This document shows, one piece after another, positions 56,679 to 64,000 of a DNA stretch of 64,000 nucleotides; within the stretch, counting starts at the first letter, position 1; each line of letters begins with the position of its first letter. The notes beneath the pieces were generated by a model that was given only the letters and a program-made list of their open reading frames with translations, was not told where the DNA came from and did no database searches. The stretch spans positions 23,788-87,787 of the forward strand of contig CAZWKQ010000001.1 in assembly GCA_964634005.1 (NCBI GenBank). Direction: 5' to 3'. The position numbers and the translations under genes are program-made. The stretch comes from an uncultured Bacteroides sp. (lineage in GTDB: Bacteria > Bacteroidota > Bacteroidia > Bacteroidales > JACABE01).

Positions 56679-57866
56679 TTATTCGATAAACAAAACTAAT
56701 CCTTTTAAATACTCGCTTTCAGGATGATAAATATTTATAGGATGATCGGCACTTTGCGAAAGTTGATGAAGTATTTTCACATTTCTTCCGGCAATTGCCG
56801 AAGCTGTGAATATCATAGTCCTGAAATCATCTTTTGATATTGCCTGAGAACAAGAAAAAGTAAAAAGTATACTTCCGCTTTTCATCTTCTTAATAACTTT
56901 GGTATTGATATTTCTATATCCTTTCAAGCCTTTTTCTTTTAGATGTATTTGTTTTGCAAATGCAGGCGGGTCTAAAATTACAATATCATAATCTTCAGTA
57001 TAATTTTCGATATAATCGAATGCATCTTCCAAAAATGATTTATGTGAGGCAGTTTTACCAAAATTTATCTCAACATTTTTGTCGGTTAATTCTATTGCAC
57101 TTTTCGAACTATCAACACTGTGAACCAAAGCAGCTCCCGATTTTAAAGCCGAAACGGAAAACCCTCCGGTATAGCAAAATACATTCAGTACTTTTTTGTT
57201 TTTACAATAATTTTCGAGTAATTTCCTATTTTCTCTTTGATCATTAAAAAAGCCTGTTTTTTGACCGTCAACAAAATCAATAAGGAAAATATTTCCATTC
57301 TCGACTACTTTAATAGGATTTTCGGCAGTATTATATAAAAAACCATTTTTAAAATAATTTGCATTTGATAAAGTTGATTCGCTTTTATTATATATTGCAT
57401 TAATATTCAACTCTTTTATTGACAATAAAGATTTTGTTATTACGTCTCTTAGTTTAAAAGCTCCATTATTATGAAATTGAACAACAGCCAAATCATTATA
57501 GCAATCGACAATTAAACCGGGTATCATATCGCTTTCACCATGAATAAGCCTGAATGTGTTGGTTGACGGATTGTTTATCAATCCTAAGCTCTTTCTCAGA
57601 TTGAAAGCATTTGCAACTTTATTCCTCCAGTATTCTTCATTATATTGTTCTTTTTTGAAAGAAAAGATTTTTGCGGCTATACTGCCTTCAGCTTGAAAAA
57701 AACCCGATGCTAAATATTTTTTGTCATAAGAGTAAATATCAACAATATCGCCATCTTCGGGTTCGCCCGTAATTCCTTCGATAGCCCCCGTAAAAACCCA
57801 TGGATGATACCTTAAGACGGATTTTTCTTTATCTTTTTTTAGTAGTATTTTAATGAAATCGCTCAT
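56679..57866 (-). CDS. rlmI: Class I SAM-dependent 23S rRNA (cytosine-C5) methyltransferase, RlmI-like
   Basis: 395 aa. N-terminal PUA-like region (HPWVF), the SAM motif VLNVFCYTGGFSV and DPPAF. The exact rRNA target is not provable by eye. Confidence 0.75.
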   Translation of the reverse strand: MSDFIKILLKKDKEKSVLRYHPWVFTGAIEGITGEPEDGDIVDIYSYDKKYLASGFFQAEGSIAAKIFSFKKEQYNEEYWRNKVANAFNLRKSLGLINNPSTNTFRLIHGESDMIPGLIVDCYNDLAVVQFHNNGAFKLRDVITKSLLSIKELNINAIYNKSESTLSNANYFKNGFLYNTAENPIKVVENGNIFLIDFVDGQKTGFFNDQRENRKLLENYCKNKKVLNVFCYTGGFSVSALKSGAALVHSVDSSKSAIELTDKNVEINFGKTASHKSFLEDAFDYIENYTEDYDIVILDPPAFAKQIHLKEKGLKGYRNINTKVIKKMKSGSILFTFSCSQAISKDDFRTMIFTASAIAGRNVKILHQLSQSADHPINIYHPESEYLKGLVLFIE

Positions 57867-57869
57867 TTG

Positions 57870-58499
57870 CTAATTTTTATCTTTATAAATATGAACTACT
57901 TTTTTAGTTTCGAAATAAGGTTCTTTAAAAAAATTACTTATCTCAAAAATTTTCACTTTACTGTTTAGTGATTGTATTTCTTCGTCAATATCACCACCTT
58001 TCAAATACAAAACTCCATTTTTTAAAGAATTTTGGTTTTTTGACAGTATATTTTTTTCAACCAAAGACCAAAATTCGGGTAAACGCATTACAGCCCTACT
58101 AACAATGAAGTTATACTTTTCGTTATGATCTTCAATTCTGATTTTCTCGGAACTGACATTTTTTAGGTTTAACTTGTCTGAAATATCCTGAACAACGCCG
58201 ATTTTTTTTCCGATAGAATCAACAAGATGAAAATGGCAATCGGGAAAAAAAATTGCCAGTGGTATTCCGGGAAAACCTCCGCCCGTACCGACATCCAAAA
58301 TCTTAGTACCTTTTTTGAAATTAATGACTTTAGCTATTGCCAAAGAGTGCAATAGATGATTAACATTAAAGTTATCAATATCTTTGCGTGAGATAAGATT
58401 TATTTTTTGATTCCATTCTTTATAAATCGGAAATAAAAAATTAAATTTCTCAATTTGCTCTTCAGTAAGTTCAGGAAAATATTCTGATAAAAAATTCAT
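57870..58499 (-). CDS. rsmG: 16S rRNA (guanine527-N7)-methyltransferase
   Basis: 209 aa. ILDVGTGGGFPGIPLAI and the overall GidB layout. Confidence 0.85.
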   Translation of the reverse strand: MNFLSEYFPELTEEQIEKFNFLFPIYKEWNQKINLISRKDIDNFNVNHLLHSLAIAKVINFKKGTKILDVGTGGGFPGIPLAIFFPDCHFHLVDSIGKKIGVVQDISDKLNLKNVSSEKIRIEDHNEKYNFIVSRAVMRLPEFWSLVEKNILSKNQNSLKNGVLYLKGGDIDEEIQSLNSKVKIFEISNFFKEPYFETKKVVHIYKDKN

Positions 58500-58616
58500 A
58501 TTTACAAGTAAATAACAAAAAGATGTGAAAAAATACTATACGCTATTTTATAAATGCAGTTTGCAAAGTTATATTTTTGTTTTATTAAAATACAATTAAT
58601 GTTATTCGATTAAAAG

Positions 58617-59579
58617 ATGAAAAAAATATTGTTGTTAATTATTATTACAGGTACTATTATTCAAAACGTTAGAACTCAAGAACTAAAAAAAATAACAGTT
58701 AAAGAATACATTGAAACATACAAGGAAATAGCTATTTTTAATATGAACAATTACAAGATTCCCGCAAGTATAACGCTTGCACAGGGTATTCTTGAGTCGG
58801 CAAACGGTAACAGCGAATTGGCCAAAAACGCTAATAATCATTTCGGAATAAAATGCCATAAGGGATGGGAAGGGAAGACATATTTCAAAGATGACGATTC
58901 AAAAAACGAGTGTTTCAGAGTATATGAAAATCCTGCAGAATCTTTCAGAGACCATTCGCAATTTTTAAGGTCACGCCCAAGATATTCTTCTTTGTTTTTG
59001 CTTGAAATAACCGATTACAAAGGCTGGGCACAAGGATTAAAGGACGCAGGTTATGCTACAAATCCAAATTATCCTCAATTGTTGATAAAAATTATTGAAG
59101 AAAACAAGCTTTTTCTTTTCGATATTGGAAATGCTAATATTGCTAATGTTGAAAATATACCTGAAGTAAGTTTCAGACAAATCAATGATGATGAGGATGA
59201 TTTTGAAGCCGTTTCAATAGAAGGAAATAACAGAAGAGTTTATTTAAACAACAATATCAAATTTATTTTCGCAAAACCGGACGATAATTTCAAAAAAATT
59301 GCAGATGACTTTGAAATGAAACCTAATGAGATAATACGTTATAACGATTTTTCGGAAAATTATAAACTTAAAAGCGGCGAAAAAGTTTATATTCAGCCTA
59401 AAAGAAGAAGAGGTTTTGCAGAATTTCACATTGTTAGAGAAGGAGAAACAATGTTTTCGATTTCGCAATATTATGGTATTAAATTAAGGATACTATATAA
59501 GAAAAACCGTATGGAAGCCGGCACCCTGCCTGCTATAGGTCAGAAATTATGGTTAAAGAAAAGAAAACCTGCAAATTAA
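58617..59579 (+). CDS. Peptidoglycan N-acetylglucosaminidase (GH73/FlgJ-like) with two LysM domains
   Basis: ITLAQGILESANGNSELAKNANNHFGIKC and GYATNPNYP form the glucosaminidase domain. Two LysM-like repeats sit in the C-terminal 110 aa. Confidence 0.8.
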   Translation: MKKILLLIIITGTIIQNVRTQELKKITVKEYIETYKEIAIFNMNNYKIPASITLAQGILESANGNSELAKNANNHFGIKCHKGWEGKTYFKDDDSKNECFRVYENPAESFRDHSQFLRSRPRYSSLFLLEITDYKGWAQGLKDAGYATNPNYPQLLIKIIEENKLFLFDIGNANIANVENIPEVSFRQINDDEDDFEAVSIEGNNRRVYLNNNIKFIFAKPDDNFKKIADDFEMKPNEIIRYNDFSENYKLKSGEKVYIQPKRRRGFAEFHIVREGETMFSISQYYGIKLRILYKKNRMEAGTLPAIGQKLWLKKRKPAN

Positions 59580-59583
59580 AGAA

Positions 59584-62322
59584 TTAAAAATCTTCAATAA
59601 TCTCGACTTTACAGGCAGTTAACTTGAACGGAGCTATTTTCGAGTGAGGATCCAACTCATCACGGGTAAGATTATTTACGGGAGATTCGCTAAAATGCCA
59701 AGGCATAAATAACTCTCCTTCAAGAACCTCATCGCTGATTTTTAAATAAGTCGTAAGTTCGCCTCTGATTGAAGACACACGTACCTTGCTCCCGTCAGAA
59801 AAATTATGTTTATTAGCATCGTTAGGATGCATCAAAACGTATGACTTATTTGCAAAAGCATTTAATGTATCGTTTTTCCTCGACATAGTTGCCGAATGGT
59901 ATTGAAATAAAATTCTACCCGAATTGAGTAAAAACGGATATTCATCCGAAACTTTCTCATTTTGCGGGACATAATCAACAGGATTGATTTTTGCTTTCCC
60001 GTTAGGTGTATTAAACTTTTCGAGGAAAAGAGTTGATGTTCCCGGATGCTCTAAATCGTAGCATGGCCATTGAATACTGCCTTTTTCCAGTCTTTTGTAG
60101 TTTATTCCTGCCATAATTGGTGTAACCAAAGCTATTTCATCGAATATTTCCGATTCATCTACGTACTTTTTCATTGGTTTACCCATTCTCTCGGCAATAT
60201 CAAGTATTATCTGCCAGTCTTGACGAGCTAAGCCGGGCGAATCGACAACTTTTCTGACTCTTAAAACCCGTCTGTCGCTGTTTACAAAAGTTCCGTTTTT
60301 CTCGGCAAAAGAAGCAGCAGGCAAAATAACATCGGCAAATTGAGTAGTTTCTGTATGAAATATATCCTGAACAACAATAAAATCGAGTTTTTCGAAAGCT
60401 TTTTTAGTATGATTGAGATTTGGGTCAGTTACCATAGGGTTTTCGCCCATAATATAAATTCCTTTAATTTTTCCGTCGTAAGCAGCTTTAGCTATTTCAA
60501 CAGTAGTAAGACCGGGTTTTGCCGAAAGATTTTCGTAAGGAACTCCCCAAATTTCGGCGACTTTTTTTCTGTTTTCATCATTACTAACAGGTATATAACC
60601 CGGATAGTTAATTGGAGATGCTCCAACATCGGTAGCCCCCTGAACGTTGTTTTGTCCTCTTGGCGGGTCTATTCCGGCTCTTTCCTTGCCTATTTGACCG
60701 GTAATAAGCATCATATTTATTAATGAGAAAACATTGTTTGTTCCCGTAACCTGCTGACTCATTCCCATTCCTGTTGCTATCATCGAAGTTGGAGACGTTG
60801 CATAAATTCTTGCTGCTTCAGCAATTTTATCTTTTGAAACGCCTGTAATTTCTTCTGTTAGTTCGAGTGTATATTTTTTGGCAAGCTCCTTTAGTTCTTC
60901 GTAAGCTTCCATGCCTCTATCAACCCGATTTAGGATAAAATCTTTATCAATTAAATCGTTTTCGATAATGTAATTTATCATTCCGTTTAATAAAGCTACG
61001 TCGGTTCCTAAACGAGGCTGCAACCATAAATGAGCATATTTTACCAATGGTGTCCATTTAGGATCAATGATAATTACCTTCATACCTTTACGTATACCTC
61101 TTTTAACGTATGTTGCAGTTATGGGATGAGTTTCAATTATATTATTTCCGGTAACAAGTAAACAATCGGTAGTTTCAAAATCTTCAATAGAATTACTGCC
61201 GGCACCGTCTCCTATAGATCTTAGCATAGCCGTAACTGTTGATGCGTGACACAAACGGGTGCAATAATCTACATTATTATTACCAAAAACAGTTCTTATA
61301 AATTTCTGAAAAATGTAGTTATCTTCGTTGGTACATTTAGCCGAAGCATAGCCTGCAAGCGCCTCATTGCCGTATTTTTCAATTATTTCATTAAACTTTT
61401 CTGCAATTAAATCAAGGGCTTCATCCCAAGTGGCTTCAACAAATTTTCCGTTCTTTTTTATTAAAGGAGTTGTAAGTCTTTCTTTACTTTGAACAAATTC
61501 ATACCCGAATCTACCTTTAATACACAGCCTGCCATCATTTGGCAAAACGCCTTCAACGCCGTTTGAACGAACAATTTTTCCGTTTTGCACCCACATTTCG
61601 ATTTGGCAGCCAACTCCGCAATAAGGACAAGTGGTTTGAACTTTTTTATCAATCTTCTCAATATTTATTTCATTACGATGAGGCTTTTCGACTATAGCAC
61701 CGGTAGGGCAAAGTTGAATACATTCTCCGCAACCGTCACATTCGGATTTTCCCCAAACGCCAAACCCGCCGATTATATAAGAAGAAATACCCCTATCGGT
61801 AAGAGAAAGAATATTTTTTCCCTGAACTTCATCACATGCTTTAACACATCGAAAACACTTGATACATTTGGAAGCATCGTAAGTAAGAACGGGAGAACTA
61901 TCATCAACAGGATAATTATAAAGTTGCCAAACCGACGGGAACCTCCTATTTTCGGGATTATCCAAATTATATCTTACCAGAAATTCTCTTAATTCATCAG
62001 AATAGGTATTATCATAAGCCTCATTATGCTCGGAAATAAGATAATCAAGCAAATATTTTCTTGTATTTTCTATTTCTTCGTCAAATGCAACTACTTGCAT
62101 ACCATCACTAATCTTGACCGAACATGATGTTACCATATTTTTAGAGCCGTTTATCTTTACCAAACACAATCTGCATGCACCCGTAGGGCTCAATTTTCGG
62201 TGATAACACAAATTGGGAATTAATATATTATTATCAAGAGCTACTCTCAATAAATTTGAGTCTTTTGCTGCCTTAATCTGTTTCCCGTCAATAGTAACGG
62301 AAACAATTTCTTTTTCAGTCAT
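59584..62322 (-). CDS. fdhA: Formate dehydrogenase alpha subunit (molybdopterin oxidoreductase) with fused NuoG-like N-terminal Fe-S domains, Cys-type
   Basis: 912 aa. 2Fe-2S region CYHRKLSPTGACRLC, 4Fe-4S motifs CIKCFRCVKAC and CDGCGECIQLCP, and the MopB start CPYCGVGCQI. The active-site region TRLCHASTV has Cys, not an in-frame TGA. Confidence 0.85.
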   Translation of the reverse strand: MTEKEIVSVTIDGKQIKAAKDSNLLRVALDNNILIPNLCYHRKLSPTGACRLCLVKINGSKNMVTSCSVKISDGMQVVAFDEEIENTRKYLLDYLISEHNEAYDNTYSDELREFLVRYNLDNPENRRFPSVWQLYNYPVDDSSPVLTYDASKCIKCFRCVKACDEVQGKNILSLTDRGISSYIIGGFGVWGKSECDGCGECIQLCPTGAIVEKPHRNEINIEKIDKKVQTTCPYCGVGCQIEMWVQNGKIVRSNGVEGVLPNDGRLCIKGRFGYEFVQSKERLTTPLIKKNGKFVEATWDEALDLIAEKFNEIIEKYGNEALAGYASAKCTNEDNYIFQKFIRTVFGNNNVDYCTRLCHASTVTAMLRSIGDGAGSNSIEDFETTDCLLVTGNNIIETHPITATYVKRGIRKGMKVIIIDPKWTPLVKYAHLWLQPRLGTDVALLNGMINYIIENDLIDKDFILNRVDRGMEAYEELKELAKKYTLELTEEITGVSKDKIAEAARIYATSPTSMIATGMGMSQQVTGTNNVFSLINMMLITGQIGKERAGIDPPRGQNNVQGATDVGASPINYPGYIPVSNDENRKKVAEIWGVPYENLSAKPGLTTVEIAKAAYDGKIKGIYIMGENPMVTDPNLNHTKKAFEKLDFIVVQDIFHTETTQFADVILPAASFAEKNGTFVNSDRRVLRVRKVVDSPGLARQDWQIILDIAERMGKPMKKYVDESEIFDEIALVTPIMAGINYKRLEKGSIQWPCYDLEHPGTSTLFLEKFNTPNGKAKINPVDYVPQNEKVSDEYPFLLNSGRILFQYHSATMSRKNDTLNAFANKSYVLMHPNDANKHNFSDGSKVRVSSIRGELTTYLKISDEVLEGELFMPWHFSESPVNNLTRDELDPHSKIAPFKLTACKVEIIEDF

Positions 62323-62331
62323 ACTTACACT

Positions 62332-62361
62332 TTTTTAACTAATTGTAAAATTAGTTAAAAA
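62332..62361 (-). terminator. Perfect AT-rich 13-bp inverted repeat, candidate terminator for the upstream membrane-protein gene
   Basis: TTTTTAACTAATT-GTAA-AATTAGTTAAAAA lies between the stop at 62407 and the fdhA start at 62322. T/A runs are present on both sides. Confidence 0.45.
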
Positions 62362-62406
62362 AAGTCATATTATGGCTTGAAATAATATTATTTCTATTTA
62401 AATTTT

Positions 62407-62874
62407 TTATTTCATATTTTTCATTTGTGAAGCGTACATGGCAATAAAACCTCCGGTAATGGCAATACTATATGCAGAAATGGGCATATCTTTTATAAAT
62501 AGAATAGGATAAATTAGCATAATCAACTGAGAAATAGAATAAATATGAAATCCTTGCTTTCGAAGATGCCACATTTTATAAACGCCTATAACAGAACTCA
62601 AACTTAAAATCAAACCTACAACAAAGAAAAGTCTTCCTGCTGATAACATTTTTAACATAATTTCCGAAAACATTTCCCACTCTTTTGGAAATTCAGTTTT
62701 TGAAAGAGTATCTGTAATAGTTGAATGAAAAAGTGAATAAATGGCATTATTTATTACTCCCCAACCATTATTGATAAAACTTAAAACACAAATAACCGTT
62801 AACAAAACAGGGCGTTTTGATGAATTATTATCTGTAATATCGTAATTTAAAAATTTTTCTTCCGAACTATCCAT
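62407..62874 (-). CDS. Small integral membrane protein, function unknown
   Basis: 155-aa ORF with four predicted hydrophobic helices. No recognised motif. Confidence 0.4.
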   Translation of the reverse strand: MDSSEEKFLNYDITDNNSSKRPVLLTVICVLSFINNGWGVINNAIYSLFHSTITDTLSKTEFPKEWEMFSEIMLKMLSAGRLFFVVGLILSLSSVIGVYKMWHLRKQGFHIYSISQLIMLIYPILFIKDMPISAYSIAITGGFIAMYASQMKNMK

Positions 62875-62939
62875 AAAACTAAATTTGGAAACAAAATAAA
62901 CTATTGTACGTTAACTTAAAATATTACAAGTATAAAACA

Positions 62940-63380
62940 ATGTTAAGTTTGCAAAGTTATTCTAAAGTATTTTTCATTGTAGCCTTTTTAACTTTTTTTA
63001 TTAAAGATTTATTGTTGGCACAAAATCCGCATGTTGCACCGAAAAAAGTTAAAGCCACTTACTACGCTTCAAAATTTAATGGGAAAAGGACATATTCGGG
63101 AGAGAAATACGATACGCATAAATATACTGCCGCACATAAAAGTTTGCCAATGCACAGCATGATAAAGGTTACCAATCCTAAAAACCAAAAAACCGTAGTA
63201 GTAAGAATAAACGACAGATTCCGTAAAAAGGACTATATTGATTTATCATGGATTGCAGCAAAGGAATTAGGGATTATTAAACACGGTACCGCATATTTAT
63301 ATATTGAACCTGCAGATACTGTTTTAAATGAACGCCTTAAATTATTTTTCAGTTACGATAACGATTCTATAAGTAACTAA
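62940..63380 (+). CDS. rlpA: Septal ring lytic transglycosylase RlpA-family protein (DPBB domain)
   Basis: ATYYASKFNGKRTYSGEKYD...AAHKSLPMHSMIKVTNPKNQKTVVVRINDR is the RlpA double-psi beta-barrel signature. ATG at 62940 is preferred over TTG at 62904. Confidence 0.8.
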   Translation: MLSLQSYSKVFFIVAFLTFFIKDLLLAQNPHVAPKKVKATYYASKFNGKRTYSGEKYDTHKYTAAHKSLPMHSMIKVTNPKNQKTVVVRINDRFRKKDYIDLSWIAAKELGIIKHGTAYLYIEPADTVLNERLKLFFSYDNDSISN

Positions 63381-63400
63381 AAGCTGATTAATAGTTTTAT

Positions 63401-64000
63401 TTAATCAACTATTTTGATTTTCAATTCATTAAGTTGAATTTCATTAATCGGAGAAGGCGAATCGCTCATAACATCCCTGCCGGCATTATTTTTTGGGAAA
63501 GCAATAAAATCTCTGATACTTTCTGAGCCACCAAAAAGCGAACAAAGCCTGTCGAACCCGAAAGCAATACCTCCATGAGGCGGTGCTCCATATTCAAAAG
63601 CATTCATTAAAAAGCCAAATTGATTAAGGGCTTCCTCATCGGTAAAACCTAAGAGTTTGAACATTTTTTTCTGAAGTTCTTTATTAAATATTCTGATTGA
63701 ACCTCCTCCTACTTCTACACCATTAATCACTAAATCATAAGCATTAGCCCTTATTTGAGCAGGATTGGTTTCAATAAGTTCATAATCCTCAGTTTTAGGC
63801 GATGTAAATGGATGATGTTTCGCATAAAAGCGTTGAGTTTCTTCATCCCATTCCAACAAAGGAAAATCAACAACCCATAATGGAGCATAGTGATCTGGGT
63901 TTCTTAATCCCAATCGTGTACCCATTTCTAATCTTAACTCGCTCAATGCTTTTAAAGTTTTATCGGTATTGCCCGATAATATCAGTAGCATATCGCCGGG
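63401..64000 (-). CDS. aspS: Aspartate--tRNA ligase, C-terminal part (5' end lies outside the window)
   Basis: Class II motifs HHPFTSP, GGGSIRI and [13 protein letters not shown]. The reading frame stays open to base 64000. Confidence 0.9.
   Translation of the reverse strand, partial: PGDMLLILSGNTDKTLKALSELRLEMGTRLGLRNPDHYAPLWVVDFPLLEWDEETQRFYAKHHPFTSPKTEDYELIETNPAQIRANAYDLVINGVEVGGGSIRIFNKELQKKMFKLLGFTDEEALNQFGFLMNAFEYGAPPHGGIAFGFDRLCSLFGGSESIRDFIAFPKNNAGRDVMSDSPSPINEIQLNELKIKIVD

Noticed and set aside
60340-61992. 127-aa and 135-aa plus-strand ORFs inside fdhA, plus the 18354..19160 minus-strand ORFs inside the transporter gene
   Set aside because: They are antisense to CDSs with strong family motifs and have no independent evidence.
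59584-62322. Possible selenocysteine (in-frame TGA) and SECIS element in the formate dehydrogenase
   Set aside because: The reading frame is continuous over 912 codons, and the active-site position is a TGY-encoded Cys (RLCHAS). No recoding is needed.

Overview
This is a 64-kb chromosomal segment from a low-GC (roughly 30% by eye) member of the Bacteroidota. Three things support that placement: type IX secretion/gliding genes (porU, a porP/sprF-family gene, gldJ), TAnnTTTG-type -7 promoter boxes, and no Shine-Dalgarno sequences. A PPi-type phosphofructokinase signature, an orphan NuoE/NuoF flavoprotein pair and a NuoG-fused formate dehydrogenase suggest an anaerobic or fermentative lifestyle. 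I support about 55 CDS. Most are housekeeping: murF, anmK, folC, upp, dxs, gap, rsmG, rlmI, aspS, sppA, exbB-exbD-tonB and ispB-like. I found no rRNA, tRNA, CRISPR array, transposase or integrase by eye. All assignments rest on motifs read from the translations, gene order and hairpins read from the DNA; no searches were run. The most interesting region is 35.4-42.4 kb. It is a tightly packed plus-strand operon preceded by a TetR gene with a perfect 10-bp inverted-repeat operator. The operon encodes an NTP-transferase, an ATP-grasp enzyme, a CDP-alcohol phosphatidyltransferase whose fourth signature Asp is absent, a flippase-like membrane protein, a HAD hydrolase and a myo-inositol-phosphate synthase. 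A DUF4833-like secreted protein and a large outer-membrane protein follow. This looks like a CDP-inositol-type inositol-lipid or inositol-solute pathway with several unexplained accessory genes. Other points worth a second look are an apparently intact archaeal-type GatE homologue with no adjacent GatD, a 1341-aa T9SS-secreted CotH-kinase protein with three lamin-tail domains, porU without an adjacent porV, a radC-wecB-deacetylase-GNAT-like gene string, and two radical SAM genes paired with unknown proteins.
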